DNA of 64,000 nucleotides from Bacteroidota bacterium (GCA_037142075.1 JBAXBJ010000013.1:6228-70227); one strand, 5' to 3'; positions 28,479-39,295 are shown, counted from the stretch's first letter. Notes: generated by a model from the sequence alone, not told the origin. Numbers and translations: made by a program.

Positions 28479-31400
28479 TTATTTATTTGTTTGCTCGCTT
28501 AGTTCGGTTAGTGCCAGCTCTATTTTGCTCTTCAGAAGTTCGATTGTGCTGATAATTATTTCCTCCTGGGATCCTTCCCTGCATAAGTGTTCCAGTTTTA
28601 ACGCAATATCCTTAGTTTCGGTCATTCCCATCATAATCCACCTTGTCTTAAAACTGTGCACCTGGTTGGCTATCTCTTCGAAATCCCCGGATGCAAGAGC
28701 TGAGTTTATTCTTTCGACCAGGTCCGGTGCAGTCGAAGTGAACATGAAAATGTACTTGCTCATACGGGTTTTATCGCCTTCGCAGAACTTCTCAAGGTAA
28801 GCCATATCCGTAACTCCTGGTGTTGCTTTTGTCAACGATGATGAATCGGTTTCCTTTTTTGCTTTCAATGTAATGTTTAAAACCTGTGTAATTCCTGTTA
28901 TCAGTTGTTGCGCTTTGAAGGGTTTGGGGATATAAGAGTCCATTCCGGCGGTCTTGCATTTGTCCAGGTCGGTGCGCAACACGCTGGCTGTTAAGGCTAT
29001 GATGGGCGTATCTTTTGCGGGACTGCCGAAATGTGTCCTTATATATCGCGTAGCATCAAACCCATTCATCAAAGGCATCTGGACATCCATAAGTATGATA
29101 TCAAACTGCATTTTGGCCACTAAATCAATGGCTTCCTGCCCGTTGGTTGCTTCGTATATTTCGATGTTTGCGACTGATTTCAAGGTATCGCGGGCAACAA
29201 TACGGTTGTATTCGTTGTCGTCGGTTACTAAAATTTTTAAACCATCCAGGATGCTTCCGTCGACACTTTGTTCCAGAGCCATAGTTTGTTCCAATCGTTC
29301 AGCGGAACCTTTTTCAAATTTGACGATGAAGGAAAATGTGGTTCCGAAACTCTCCTTGCTTTCAATGGCAATGCTACTTCCCATCATTCCGACCAGTTGT
29401 CGTGAGATACTCAGCCCTAATCCTGTACCACCATATTTTCGCGTATCTGAAGCGTTGGCTTGAGAGAAACTCTCAAAAACCGTCTGCAATTTATCCATCG
29501 GGATCCCAATTCCGGTATCAACGATTGCGAAACGTATTCCTTCATTTTCATTTGTAACCTCAATTGCAATACTACCCTTTTCGGTAAATTTGATGGCGTT
29601 GCCGGCCAAATTGATAAGAACCTGGTTCAAACGTGCAGGATCACCTATCACAACATCCGGAACATCCGGTTTTATCATGGTTAAGAGTTCCAGCCCTTTT
29701 TCATCGGCCCGGTGGCGAAGCGTTTGCTTCACCTGTTCAACCAGGTCGTGGATTGAAAAATCAATATTTTCCAATTCCATTTTACCGGCTTCGATCTTGG
29801 AAAGATCCAGAATATCGTTTATAATATGAAGCAGGTTATCGCTCGATTTTTTGATTCCTTCGAGGTAAAATCTTTGTTTTTCCTCAAGTGGAGTGCCTAA
29901 AACAAGGCTTGTCATTCCCATCACGGCATTCATAGGTGTCCGTATCTCATGGCTCATATTAGCCAGGAACTGCTGTTTGAACTGCTCCGATTTTTCGGCT
30001 TTTGCCCTTTGAGTTTCAGCTTCGTCTTTCTGCTTGCGAATTTCAACAGTAGCAACTTCAATTTCGGCTTCTAATTCTTTATGCTTTTGTTTGAACCGCG
30101 CAACACGGTAGCGGTTATAAGCCACTAGTAGCAGCAAAACAAATATTCCGTACCCGGTGCGGGCCCACCAGGTTTGCCACCAGGGCGGTGTAATTGTAAA
30201 ACTGTAGGTACTGATTTTCCCAAAGCCACCATTCAATAGTTTCGCTTTAACCTGGAATGTATAATTGCCCGGATCGAGTTTTCGGTAGACAGCCACCCTT
30301 TCTTCGGCCGGAATCGACCATGTTTTATCATACCCAAGCAGTTGGTAGCTGAAGAGTACATTGCCTTGTATATTAAGGTCGGAGGTGCCAAAAACCAGCG
30401 AAAGTTGATTGACATTATACGGGAAAACCAGGTTTTGCGGCAGCAGAGAGAAGTTCTGTAAGGAATCAAATTTAAGTTTTGCCAGGTTAATATTTAATCC
30501 GGGTAACACCCAGTTTTTCCTTTTGCTGATAGAATCCTGTAAACTCCGGTAATCAATATCCTGTTGAAATATGTTCAGTTTTTTAACCGCAACAAGCGGC
30601 GTTTCTTTTATTTTGAGCAGGTAGTCTACGTTTACCGAGCCAGTCATTTCTTCGTTGCTGAACCACATGGTTCCATCGTCATCGAAGGAATACGAAACCG
30701 GGGTAAATAGGAGGCCGTCACTTGGGCCAATTTGAGTTCGTTTCCCATTTTCAATACAGGTTAATTTTCCGTTGAGTATCGCCCATATCCTGCCTTTCCT
30801 GTCTGTTTTCATGAATTCCTGCAGTCCTGTTTCTGTTAGATCGGCACCCGTACCGATTTTCAGGTCGCCATCATTGTGAAATTTGAAATGTTTTCCATCG
30901 TAAGTAACTATTCCGGCTCCCAAATAGGAAATGAATATGGTTCCGTTTGCATCGGCTACTATCGCATTAATTCCTATTGCGCCATGTTCGCGCAGAATAC
31001 TATCCAGTACCGGGAACCTGTAGAAACGCTTTCCGTCATATTTCAGCAGGCCGCTGTTGCTCGCCCCAATCCATATGTTTCCCTTTGGATCGCAGAAGGT
31101 TGTGTTTATTCCTCCCAAATCTGTCAACGCCGGATTTCCCCCGTAACCAATCAGTTTATCCTTTGTTAGCCGGAGCAAGGAATAAGTCCAGGATGAAAAC
31201 CAGATATCTCCGTTTACGCCATTTCCTACATAACCAAAACACCCCCAACTCGATTTGCCGTCAATAAGCACTGATTTTATTTTGCCCCGTTCAATAACCC
31301 CAATCCCTTCGCACCAGTTGGAAAACCACATCCGTCCCTGATCATCTTTGGCAACACCATTCGTTTTAAAACCAATCCCGGTATAGGTTACGGCCTTGTC

Positions 31401-32780
31401 TTTTTCGAGGTACGTGTATTTTTCAAGATTTAAAATGAGCCGGTTATCCTTGTCAATCGGGAAAACCCCTTGTGTACCGGGTATGGGAATATACTTAAAT
31501 TCTTTCAGCCTCAGCCGGTTCATTTGTGAGCCCATTGCCCATATGTTGCTATCCGGATCGCGTGCCAGTTTCATTATCATCGTTTCATTCAAACCTGCTT
31601 CCTTATCTATCTTTTCGAACTTATTACCATCATAAAGCAATAAACCTGAACCTACTGTTCCGATCAACAGCTTATTCCCTTCGGTTCCCATCAGGCTGTA
31701 AATTGGTGAACCCATTTCTGCCCCAAAATCAAAAGTGGTTAAAGTATCATGGTTTAACATGCTGATCCCGGCCAGGTAATGTCCTAACCATATTTTCCCA
31801 TCCGGAGCCGCATAAATGGCGTAAACATAAGTGGATGGCAGCCCGTCTTTGACCGAGTAGTTTACAAAGGTTTGTCCGTCGAATTTGAATAATCCGCCAC
31901 CCTCAGTGCCGAACCACATATTCCCGTTTTTATCTTCCTCAATGGAAGCTACTCCGATTGCTTTTATGCCTTGTTCCTTCCCATAATGAATAAAGCCATT
32001 TCCATTGTAGCAGTAAATGCCATCCCCGCGAGTCCCGAACCAAATTTGCCCTTTCGAATCCTTAAAAATGGTATAAACGCCGTGGTTAGTAAATCCCTGC
32101 TTCTCTGAAAAAGTATAGAAATATTTTCCGTCGAAATAAGAAGCCCCATCGTATGCCGACCAAATATTTCCCTGGTTGTCAATTTCAATGCTTGTGGCCG
32201 ATGTTAATGCCCCCTGGGCGGCACTATACGATTCCATATAATCGCCTTGTATGTGAGAAATCTCCAATCCGCTGGCAATCCAGGCCGATCCATCCTTGCT
32301 CCAGCAGATATCCTGGGCACGCTGGGCAATATGCTGAATATCATACATACCGTTTCCGGAAAGTTGTAAGGGCGCAATCTTTTTAAAGGTAGGATATCCG
32401 GCAAGTTTAATTGCCGGTTTGGCTTCAGTGAAGACTGGTTTTTTGAAATTCTCCATTTTCCTTCCAAATACGCCTGCTTTGCTGCTTGCTTTTACGTTGC
32501 TCAGAAAGCGTTTTCCGGGCGATTGGATTTCGCTGATTTTTTTTAGCGGGACGTCTTTCGTTTTCAAGGAAAGTTCGACATGCGATGTGTCAGGGTATTG
32601 GATAACCGAATCCGGGATAAGAATAGGGTTGGGTGTTAATTGCATTGCACTGGCACTGTCGGTGCATATTACGGTACCGCTTGCTTCTTTCACACAGATT
32701 GTTTTTGACTCGTCTGTATTCTGCCGTGTGCAGGAAATAACGAAAATGTACAAAAACAGGATCAGATATATGGGTTTCAT
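28479..32780 (-). CDS. hybrid sensor histidine kinase: periplasmic two-component propeller repeats + Y_Y_Y, TM, HisKA, HATPase_c, REC, HPt
   Basis: 1433 aa. Repeated G.IW.G / NG.MWFGT propeller motifs. H-box FLANMSHEIRTPMNAV. N/G boxes NLAGNAIKFT, VDTGIGI, GGTGLGLSI. REC domain DIILMDVQMPLMNG. C-terminal HPt domain (QVHSFKTRWIMMGM). Confidence 0.9.
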   Translation of the reverse strand: MKPIYLILFLYIFVISCTRQNTDESKTICVKEASGTVICTDSASAMQLTPNPILIPDSVIQYPDTSHVELSLKTKDVPLKKISEIQSPGKRFLSNVKASSKAGVFGRKMENFKKPVFTEAKPAIKLAGYPTFKKIAPLQLSGNGMYDIQHIAQRAQDICWSKDGSAWIASGLEISHIQGDYMESYSAAQGALTSATSIEIDNQGNIWSAYDGASYFDGKYFYTFSEKQGFTNHGVYTIFKDSKGQIWFGTRGDGIYCYNGNGFIHYGKEQGIKAIGVASIEEDKNGNMWFGTEGGGLFKFDGQTFVNYSVKDGLPSTYVYAIYAAPDGKIWLGHYLAGISMLNHDTLTTFDFGAEMGSPIYSLMGTEGNKLLIGTVGSGLLLYDGNKFEKIDKEAGLNETMIMKLARDPDSNIWAMGSQMNRLRLKEFKYIPIPGTQGVFPIDKDNRLILNLEKYTYLEKDKAVTYTGIGFKTNGVAKDDQGRMWFSNWCEGIGVIERGKIKSVLIDGKSSWGCFGYVGNGVNGDIWFSSWTYSLLRLTKDKLIGYGGNPALTDLGGINTTFCDPKGNIWIGASNSGLLKYDGKRFYRFPVLDSILREHGAIGINAIVADANGTIFISYLGAGIVTYDGKHFKFHNDGDLKIGTGADLTETGLQEFMKTDRKGRIWAILNGKLTCIENGKRTQIGPSDGLLFTPVSYSFDDDGTMWFSNEEMTGSVNVDYLLKIKETPLVAVKKLNIFQQDIDYRSLQDSISKRKNWVLPGLNINLAKLKFDSLQNFSLLPQNLVFPYNVNQLSLVFGTSDLNIQGNVLFSYQLLGYDKTWSIPAEERVAVYRKLDPGNYTFQVKAKLLNGGFGKISTYSFTITPPWWQTWWARTGYGIFVLLLLVAYNRYRVARFKQKHKELEAEIEVATVEIRKQKDEAETQRAKAEKSEQFKQQFLANMSHEIRTPMNAVMGMTSLVLGTPLEEKQRFYLEGIKKSSDNLLHIINDILDLSKIEAGKMELENIDFSIHDLVEQVKQTLRHRADEKGLELLTMIKPDVPDVVIGDPARLNQVLINLAGNAIKFTEKGSIAIEVTNENEGIRFAIVDTGIGIPMDKLQTVFESFSQANASDTRKYGGTGLGLSISRQLVGMMGSSIAIESKESFGTTFSFIVKFEKGSAERLEQTMALEQSVDGSILDGLKILVTDDNEYNRIVARDTLKSVANIEIYEATNGQEAIDLVAKMQFDIILMDVQMPLMNGFDATRYIRTHFGSPAKDTPIIALTASVLRTDLDKCKTAGMDSYIPKPFKAQQLITGITQVLNITLKAKKETDSSSLTKATPGVTDMAYLEKFCEGDKTRMSKYIFMFTSTAPDLVERINSALASGDFEEIANQVHSFKTRWIMMGMTETKDIALKLEHLCREGSQEEIIISTIELLKSKIELALTELSEQTNK

Positions 32781-33035
32781 AAAATGAGTCTTTTATTTAA
32801 CTAAAGTACGTTAGTGAATTCCAATTGTAACATTTACTGCCACTTACCAGAATATAACCTGCATCCTGTTTTTAATAACCTGTACCTCAAATCCTTGTTG
32901 CTTCGGGGGGATACAGAAATTGCAGGAAGCTGACCTTTCATGCCATCTTAATTTGCATGGTAAATATATGTAATATTTTAATTATATGTTTTAATTTCTG
33001 CCATGGATAGTTGTATTGGGTTAAGTGATACTTTA

Positions 33036-33043
33036 TATCTTTG
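33036..33043 (+). promoter_or_regulatory. TAnnTTTG -7 element (TATCTTTG)
   Basis: Consensus match 75 nt upstream of the ATG at 33118. Confidence 0.4.
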
Positions 33044-33117
33044 CACGGATAAGGTGCGCTTTTAAGTTTTTACTGATCATTTTAAGCCGCGACTACTAAC
33101 GATTCAGATTTAAAAGT

Positions 33118-33789
33118 ATGGAAACAAAAAAAATAAGAGCGATTGTAACCGGAGCCACAGGAATGGTTGGGGAAGGTGTACTTCACCAATGCCTGGATCA
33201 TCCGGATGTAGAATCGGTATTAGTGATAAACAGAAAACCCTGCGGCCTTATTCATCCTAAACTGAAAGAGATAATCCACAGCGATTTTTTTGATATTTCG
33301 CCTGTTGAGAGTCAGCTTTCCAGCTACAACGCCTGTTATTTCTGCCTGGGGGTTTCGGCAGTCGGCATGAAAGAACCTGAATATCATAACCTGACATACA
33401 CTTTAACGATGCATTTCGCCCAAACCCTGAGCAAACTGAATAGGGGCATGGTGTTTTGCTACGTCTCCGGCTCCGGAACCGACAGTACCGAAAAGGGCAG
33501 GATGATGTGGGCACGCGTTAAAGGTAAAACCGAAAACGACCTGATGAAGCTGCCATTTAAATCGGTTTATGCATTCAGGCCTGCTTTTATGTTGCCAACC
33601 AATGGGTTAAAAAATGTACTGCCTTACTACAAATATGTTACATGGATGTACCCGGCGGCAAGGAAACTGTTCCCGGATTATTTCGGCACACTAAGCGAAG
33701 TCGGAATGGCCATGATTAATGTCGTTAAATACGGATATACTAAGCAGGTGCTGGAATTGAAGGATATCAGGGTGTTGGCCGGGAAATAA
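33118..33789 (+). CDS. NAD(P)H-binding Rossmann protein (atypical SDR / NmrA-like)
   Basis: 223 aa with the N-terminal dinucleotide motif IVTGATGMVGEGV. Confidence 0.75.
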   Translation: METKKIRAIVTGATGMVGEGVLHQCLDHPDVESVLVINRKPCGLIHPKLKEIIHSDFFDISPVESQLSSYNACYFCLGVSAVGMKEPEYHNLTYTLTMHFAQTLSKLNRGMVFCYVSGSGTDSTEKGRMMWARVKGKTENDLMKLPFKSVYAFRPAFMLPTNGLKNVLPYYKYVTWMYPAARKLFPDYFGTLSEVGMAMINVVKYGYTKQVLELKDIRVLAGK

Positions 33790-33873
33790 CTCCATTCTTT
33801 TCTTAAGGCACTATGGCATCCTGTTTCAGATTGTAACTACGCTATAAAAATAACGGCAGAACGAAAAAAAATA

Positions 33874-33881
33874 TACTTTTG
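33874..33881 (+). promoter_or_regulatory. TAnnTTTG -7 element (TACTTTTG)
   Basis: Consensus match 28 nt upstream of the ATG at 33909. This supports the MKKLFTFSLLL start over the ORF-track start at 33879. Confidence 0.5.
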
Positions 33882-33908
33882 CACGGAATTAAATCCAAAC
33901 AAAACAAC

Positions 33909-35018
33909 ATGAAAAAATTATTTACCTTCAGCCTGCTTTTGGCTGTATTAGTATCAGTTACATCCTGTAATACAAAAAAAACAGATGGTTTTACTATTAA
34001 TGGAACTGTTTCAGGAGCAGATACCGGATGGGTGCTGCTGAAAAAACGCGACGAAGGTAAAATGATAACCGCCGACTCAGTGCAAATGAAAGACGGTAAA
34101 TTTATGTTCACGGGTAAAGTTGAACTTCCTGAAATGTACTATGTGAGAATGAACGGCAACTATGATGCTTTTTCGTTCTTTATCGAAAATTCGACCATCT
34201 CCCTTAAAATTTATGCCGATAGTATCGATAAATCAGAGGCCACCGGTTCGGTAACGCAGGATCTGTATACCACATACCTCAAAAAGGACGCAGCTTCCGA
34301 GAAGAAGATGGAGGAATTATACAGCAAATACATGAAGGCCAGGGAAACAAAGGATACTGTTACCATGAAAACCCTGAATGATGCCATGGATGCGGAACAG
34401 AATGCGTTGCCTGTATTTATCAAGGAATTCGCCACGAAAAACGGAAAGAGTGTTGTAGCTCCATATCTGGTGCTCAGCAATGCATGGGCATTTTCGCTCG
34501 ACGAAATAAAAACTGTCAATAAAGCAATGGATCCTTCCATCGCCAATTCGGACTATGTAAAAAAATTAATCGAACGTGAAGCCATACTCAACAGCGTGCA
34601 GGCGGGGCAGCCTGCTCCTGAATTTACTATGAACGACACCACCGGAAAACCTGTCAGCCTGGGCAGTTTCAAAGGCAGAGTGGTTTTGGTCGACTTCTGG
34701 GCATCGTGGTGTGGCCCTTGCCGGGCCGAAAACCCGAATGTTTTAGCGGCCTATAAAAAATACAGCAACAAAGGATTTACGGTTCTGGGAGTATCTCTCG
34801 ATGACAATAAAGCCAAGTGGCTCGCTGCAATTGCAAAAGACGGTCTTACCTGGACACATGTAAGCGACCTGGTCCGCTGGGAAAATGCTGCGGCAAAGCA
34901 ATACGGAGTCCGGTCGATACCGGCTAATTTTTTAATCAGCAAAGAAGGAAAAATTATTGCAAGCAGCCTTCGTGGCGAAGATCTGATGAAGAAACTGGAA
35001 GAAGTGTTAGGGAAATAA
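33909..35018 (+). CDS. TlpA-family thiol:disulfide oxidoreductase lipoprotein (DUF4369 N-domain + thioredoxin fold)
   Basis: Signal/lipobox LLAVLVSVTSC. Thioredoxin active site FWASWCGPCRAENP. Downstream segment GVSLDD..W..AI.KDGLTWTHVSDL. Confidence 0.9.
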   Translation: MKKLFTFSLLLAVLVSVTSCNTKKTDGFTINGTVSGADTGWVLLKKRDEGKMITADSVQMKDGKFMFTGKVELPEMYYVRMNGNYDAFSFFIENSTISLKIYADSIDKSEATGSVTQDLYTTYLKKDAASEKKMEELYSKYMKARETKDTVTMKTLNDAMDAEQNALPVFIKEFATKNGKSVVAPYLVLSNAWAFSLDEIKTVNKAMDPSIANSDYVKKLIEREAILNSVQAGQPAPEFTMNDTTGKPVSLGSFKGRVVLVDFWASWCGPCRAENPNVLAAYKKYSNKGFTVLGVSLDDNKAKWLAAIAKDGLTWTHVSDLVRWENAAAKQYGVRSIPANFLISKEGKIIASSLRGEDLMKKLEEVLGK

Positions 35019-35038
35019 CTGAAATACTTGTTATTGAT

Positions 35039-35070
35039 AAAGCCCTGAAATCATTCGAATTCAGGGCTTT
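35039..35070. terminator. bidirectional intrinsic terminator
   Basis: AAAGCCCTGAA-atcattcga-TTCAGGGCTTT lies between convergent genes ending at 35018 (+) and 35100 (-). Confidence 0.75.
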
Positions 35071-35099
35071 ATAATTTATAACAAGTAACAACAAACCAC

Positions 35100-35930
35100 C
35101 TATTTTATCTTTTCTTCCTTTATGATAATAACTTGTTTTGGCTGTTTTACTTCCTGTTTACCCGGGTCTGTATGATCAACCTCTTTATCAATAACTGTTT
35201 TTTGATCCGGATTGTCCAAAACTATCACGCGCACTTCCTTATGAGGTGAACTCCGGTTGTCGTCGTTTTTGTATATCATCACCCTTTCTTCGTCTTTATT
35301 TCCGTGTTCACAAGCAGCCTCGTCCCGGTCTTCGAAAGTAATGATCACCTTTTTGCCATGGCGTTTCTTTTTTACCACAACCTTTTTCATTTCGCCGAAG
35401 GGCATCACATCTCCGAGGCCAAATGACCTGGACATTCCCTCAATGATAGCTTCCACCGGTGGGCCTTGTTTTTGTGAAAATCCCGGATGCATGCGGAATT
35501 CAGGGTCAAATGGCATCCCCATATGCGGTGGGGGAGGAGCCGGGAGGTCAAATTCATCGTCATTCTGTAAAATAATTACCCGTTCGTCATTAACCATTAT
35601 TGTATCGGCGTGTTCTGTCCTGTGTAGTGAAGAATCTTCCCCGGGATGGCGGATTATAATATTTTTTTCGATGTTTTGGCCTTCCTGCGGCATGTCTTTC
35701 GTTATCCCTTTTCCTTCGAGGAATACATCTGTATCAAAATCTCCATCGGTAACTATTGTAGTATCAATAACTACCGTGTTTCCATCCACTTCTTTGGTAA
35801 CATGAATGGTGATGGTTTTTTTAGCTTTGGCCTGTTCGTCTGATTTCTGCTGAGCAAAACTGTAGCCCGGCAACAGGATAAATCCTGTGATTGCAAATGA
35901 AACTAAGAAGAAAGAAACTCTGGTTTTCAT
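35100..35930 (-). CDS. hypothetical exported protein
   Basis: The signal peptide MKTRVSFFLVSFAITGFILLPGYSFAQ starts at the ATG at 35930; the ORF track extends to 35972. The protein is charged and Pro-rich with no recognisable domain. Confidence 0.65.
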   Translation of the reverse strand: MKTRVSFFLVSFAITGFILLPGYSFAQQKSDEQAKAKKTITIHVTKEVDGNTVVIDTTIVTDGDFDTDVFLEGKGITKDMPQEGQNIEKNIIIRHPGEDSSLHRTEHADTIMVNDERVIILQNDDEFDLPAPPPPHMGMPFDPEFRMHPGFSQKQGPPVEAIIEGMSRSFGLGDVMPFGEMKKVVVKKKRHGKKVIITFEDRDEAACEHGNKDEERVMIYKNDDNRSSPHKEVRVIVLDNPDQKTVIDKEVDHTDPGKQEVKQPKQVIIIKEEKIK

Positions 35931-36188
35931 AATGAAAGTTTGCTGTTTGAATTTGTGAAAAAGTCCTTTCAAAAATAGAGAATATATTCATGAAAGTCAG
36001 CATCTACCTGTAAATTATACTGCAAACGGAATAAATTTCAGTATTCAGGTAGACTCCAAATCCAAATCTCATTTTCAAGGATGCATTTCTCTGCAGGCCA
36101 TGGTTTTTGGAATTTGGGTACTGGGACTTGAGCCTTTGATTAATGGGTGATTTTATTCCACCCAAAGTAAAATCTGAAGCAGAATTAC

Positions 36189-36196
36189 TATATTTG
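36189..36196 (+). promoter_or_regulatory. TAnnTTTG -7 element (TATATTTG)
   Basis: Consensus match 26 nt upstream of the ATG at 36222. Confidence 0.45.
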
Positions 36197-36221
36197 ACGA
36201 ATACAATTAGCTCTAATTCCC

Positions 36222-36785
36222 ATGACAGAAAAGAAAAACGGAAATCCGGCCGTAGTCGGACTTGCAGGCTTTGGTATGACTACCCTGCTATTACAGTTTC
36301 ATAACATTGGTTTGATGGGTTTAGGCCCGGTGGTAGCCATGGGATTTGTTTTCGGGGGTCTCGCACAGATGATCGCCGGGTTTCAGGAACAGAAAATGGG
36401 CAACAACTTTGGCTATAGTGCCTTTGTGGCCTATGGCTCTTTTTGGATTGGGCTGGGAATTATATGGCTGCTGAATTTTTTCAAAATTTATGAAGCATCC
36501 AAAACCGATGTGGGTTTTTACCTTGTAGCATGGACGCTGTACACGGCAGTAATGTTTATTGCTTCGTTGCGCGTTCACACAGCAATGGCAGTCACTTTCG
36601 GAACCTTATTGCTGGGCTTTATCCTTCTTGATATCGGTCATTTTAGCGATCCCGTGTTCAATGTGATTGCCGGGTACGAACTTATAATTTGTGCAGGTTC
36701 CGCCTGGTATATGATGGCCGCAATTATTATCAATGACCTGGCAGGAAAAACGGTTTTGAAGATGGGCTATCCTTTCATCAAATAG
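36222..36785 (+). CDS. acetate/succinate uptake transporter family protein (GPR1/FUN34/YaaH)
   Basis: 187 aa with six TMs and the family signature NPAVVGLAGFGMTTLLLQFHN at the N-terminus. Confidence 0.85.
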   Translation: MTEKKNGNPAVVGLAGFGMTTLLLQFHNIGLMGLGPVVAMGFVFGGLAQMIAGFQEQKMGNNFGYSAFVAYGSFWIGLGIIWLLNFFKIYEASKTDVGFYLVAWTLYTAVMFIASLRVHTAMAVTFGTLLLGFILLDIGHFSDPVFNVIAGYELIICAGSAWYMMAAIIINDLAGKTVLKMGYPFIK

Positions 36786-36807
36786 TCGGGAACAGATTCA
36801 TAAATAT

Positions 36808-36840
36808 AAAAACCTGCCGGATTCAGTCTGGCAGGTTTTT
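36808..36840. terminator. bidirectional intrinsic terminator
   Basis: AAAAACCTGCC-ggattcagtct-GGCAGGTTTTT lies between convergent genes ending at 36785 (+) and 36890 (-). Confidence 0.8.
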
Positions 36841-36889
36841 AAATTATGTGCTGATTTCAGATTGTTAAATCCAAATTATCATTTTATAA

Positions 36890-37474
36890 TTACATGATTT
36901 CCAGTAATTCAACTTCAAAAATGAGTGTAGCGTAAGGCCCTATAACTTTACCAGCACCCTGGGCTCCGTAAGCCAGGTTGGAAGGAATAAAGAACTTATA
37001 TTTTGCACCTTTCGACATAAGTTGCAATCCTTCGACCCATCCTGAAATAACCTGGGTTACGCCAAATGTGGCCGGTTCGCCGCGGTTTACCGAACTGTCG
37101 AAAACCGTTCCATCAATCAAAGTGCCCGTATAGTGAACTTTTACCTGGTCTTTTGCTGAAGCTTTTACACCGCTTCCTTCAGTTATTACCGAATACTGCA
37201 GGCCGCTTGGTAAAACGACTACGCCGGGTTTATTTTTATTTTCAGCCAGAAATAAAATTCCTGCTTCGCTGTTGTTTCCTTCGGCTTTTTCCTTCATACC
37301 TTCGAAAAACTCGCTTAGGATATGGTTCACTTCATCGGGTGACATGGAAATTTCCTCATCTTTTAAAATGGCATTAAGCCCTTTTGTAAAATGCTCAATA
37401 TCAAGTGCTTCAACACCTGAATTTTTTAAATTGCTGGCAATACTCAGGCCTAAAGCGTAACTGATGTCTTTCAT
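36890..37474 (-). CDS. FKBP-type peptidyl-prolyl cis-trans isomerase
   Basis: 194 aa. FKBP core: VHYTGTLIDGTVFDSS...PATFGVTQVISGWVEGLQLM..G.KYKFFIPSNLAYG. Confidence 0.9.
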   Translation of the reverse strand: MKDISYALGLSIASNLKNSGVEALDIEHFTKGLNAILKDEEISMSPDEVNHILSEFFEGMKEKAEGNNSEAGILFLAENKNKPGVVVLPSGLQYSVITEGSGVKASAKDQVKVHYTGTLIDGTVFDSSVNRGEPATFGVTQVISGWVEGLQLMSKGAKYKFFIPSNLAYGAQGAGKVIGPYATLIFEVELLEIM

Positions 37475-37734
37475 AAAATATTCTCTTTTTGGTTTTTTTT
37501 GAGCCGCAAAGGTAGAACTTTTATGGCTGAGAATAAAAACCCGACATCAAGTAAAATGGAAGTTGAGCTTTGAAATCCAATCGCTGAGTGGTTTAATATC
37601 AGATTGATTCCGTGTGGTTTGATGCAAAACAGTACAGTAAAATCAGCATTCTGGCTATTGATTGGCTTTTTTGTCCTGCATTTTTGTTGCTTGTCAGCAG
37701 TTCATTATCGCCGGTAATTTGAGGAATAAATACT

Positions 37735-37742
37735 TACCTTTG
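37735..37742 (+). promoter_or_regulatory. TAnnTTTG -7 element (TACCTTTG) upstream of asnS
   Basis: Consensus match 49 nt upstream of the ATG at 37791. It lies inside the longer track ORF, which argues for the shorter start. Confidence 0.5.
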
Positions 37743-37790
37743 CACATTGGCTTGATAATACAATTGCAAACGCCTAATTACAAATCATTT

Positions 37791-39197
37791 ATGTCGGAAT
37801 CGAAAAGAATTAAGATTGTTAATCTGCTTAAAACACCCGAAAATACTGGCATCGGGAACAATGTTGCCATAAAAGGATGGGTACGAACCAAGCGTGGCAA
37901 CAAAAATGTTGCTTTTATTGCACTGAATGATGGCTCAACAATTCACAGCATCCAGGTTGTGGTTGATTTAGCCAATTTTGATGAGGAAGTTTTGAAACAG
38001 GTTAATACCGGTGCATGTATTGCTGTGACAGGCACTCTGGTTGAATCGCCTGGTGCAGGTCAGTCGGTGGAAGTTCATGCCACGCAGATTGAAGTTTACG
38101 GCAGTGCCGATCCTGAAATTTATCCTTTACAGAAAAAAGGGCATACTCTCGAGTTTTTGCGCGAAATCGCCCATCTCCGTCCCCGTACCAATACCTTCGG
38201 AGCCGTATTACGTATCAGGCACAATATGGCCTATGCCATTCATAAGTATTTCAATGACAAAGGTTTTTTCTACATACATACACCTATAATTACGGGTTCC
38301 GATGCCGAAGGTGCCGGAGCCATGTTCAGGGTTACTACACTGGATATGAACAATTTGCCAAAGAATGAAGCGGATGAAATAGACTATTCGCAGGACTTTT
38401 TTGGTAAAAGTACCAACCTTACCGTGTCGGGTCAGTTGAATGGCGAACTGGCAGCCCTTGCCCTCTCGGAAATTTATACTTTCGGACCTACTTTCAGGGC
38501 CGAAAACAGCAATACGCCCCGTCACCTGGCCGAATTCTGGATGATTGAACCCGAAATGGCTTTTTACGATATTACCGATAACATGGATCTGGCGGAAGAT
38601 TTCCTGAAATACCTGATCAGGTATGCTTTGGATCATTGTTATGATGATCTCGAGTTTCTCCAGAAAATGTACGACAACGAACTGATTGAAAGGCTCAACT
38701 TTGTGACTAACAACGATTTCGAACGGCTTGCTTACACCAGGGCAATCGAAATCCTGGTCGCATCGGGTCAGAAATTTGAATTCCCGGTACAATGGGGTGT
38801 CGATCTGCAATCGGAGCACGAACGTTACCTGGTTGAAAAAGTGTTTAAAAAACCTGTTATCCTTATCGATTACCCGAAAGAGATCAAGGCCTTTTATATG
38901 AAACAGAACGAAGATGGAAAAACAGTAAGAGCCATGGACGTTCTCTTTCCCCGGATCGGTGAAATTATCGGCGGGTCGCAACGCGAGGAAAATTACGATA
39001 AACTGCTTGCACGCATCCATGAACTCGGAATTCCTGAAAAGGATATGTGGTGGTACCTCGAAACGCGAAAATTCGGCACCGCACCGCATGCAGGTTTTGG
39101 TCTTGGATTTGAAAGACTTATACTTTTTGTGACCGGAATGTTAAATATTCGCGACGTGATCCCATTCCCACGCACGCCTCAATCGGCTGATTTTTAA
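37791..39197 (+). CDS. asnS: asparagine--tRNA ligase
   Basis: 468 aa from [11 protein letters not shown] anticodon-binding domain ([21 protein letters not shown]). Class II motifs: [21 protein letters not shown], and motif 3 [12 protein letters not shown]. Confidence 0.93.
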   Translation: MSESKRIKIVNLLKTPENTGIGNNVAIKGWVRTKRGNKNVAFIALNDGSTIHSIQVVVDLANFDEEVLKQVNTGACIAVTGTLVESPGAGQSVEVHATQIEVYGSADPEIYPLQKKGHTLEFLREIAHLRPRTNTFGAVLRIRHNMAYAIHKYFNDKGFFYIHTPIITGSDAEGAGAMFRVTTLDMNNLPKNEADEIDYSQDFFGKSTNLTVSGQLNGELAALALSEIYTFGPTFRAENSNTPRHLAEFWMIEPEMAFYDITDNMDLAEDFLKYLIRYALDHCYDDLEFLQKMYDNELIERLNFVTNNDFERLAYTRAIEILVASGQKFEFPVQWGVDLQSEHERYLVEKVFKKPVILIDYPKEIKAFYMKQNEDGKTVRAMDVLFPRIGEIIGGSQREENYDKLLARIHELGIPEKDMWWYLETRKFGTAPHAGFGLGFERLILFVTGMLNIRDVIPFPRTPQSADF

Positions 39198-39255
39198 TCC
39201 CGGATCAAATCCAATCTGCTTTTTCGAGATAAGCGCATAATTTAAGAATTTGAAT

Positions 39256-39263
39256 TACCTTTG
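39256..39263 (+). promoter_or_regulatory. TAnnTTTG -7 element (TACCTTTG) upstream of rpoN
   Basis: Consensus match 33 nt upstream of the ATG at 39296. Confidence 0.5.
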
Positions 39264-39295
39264 GATTAGTCATTATATCCAAAACACAAACAAGT

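Noticed and set aside
38208-39089. Long antisense ORFs: 293 aa opposite asnS; also 25286-26098 opposite mreB, 47481-48149 opposite holB, 11197-11781 opposite the leuS 5' end, and 35257-35805
   Set aside because: Each is fully embedded antisense to a gene with strong family motifs. Their translations are low-complexity or Arg/Phe-rich with no recognisable domains. These are typical shadow ORFs.
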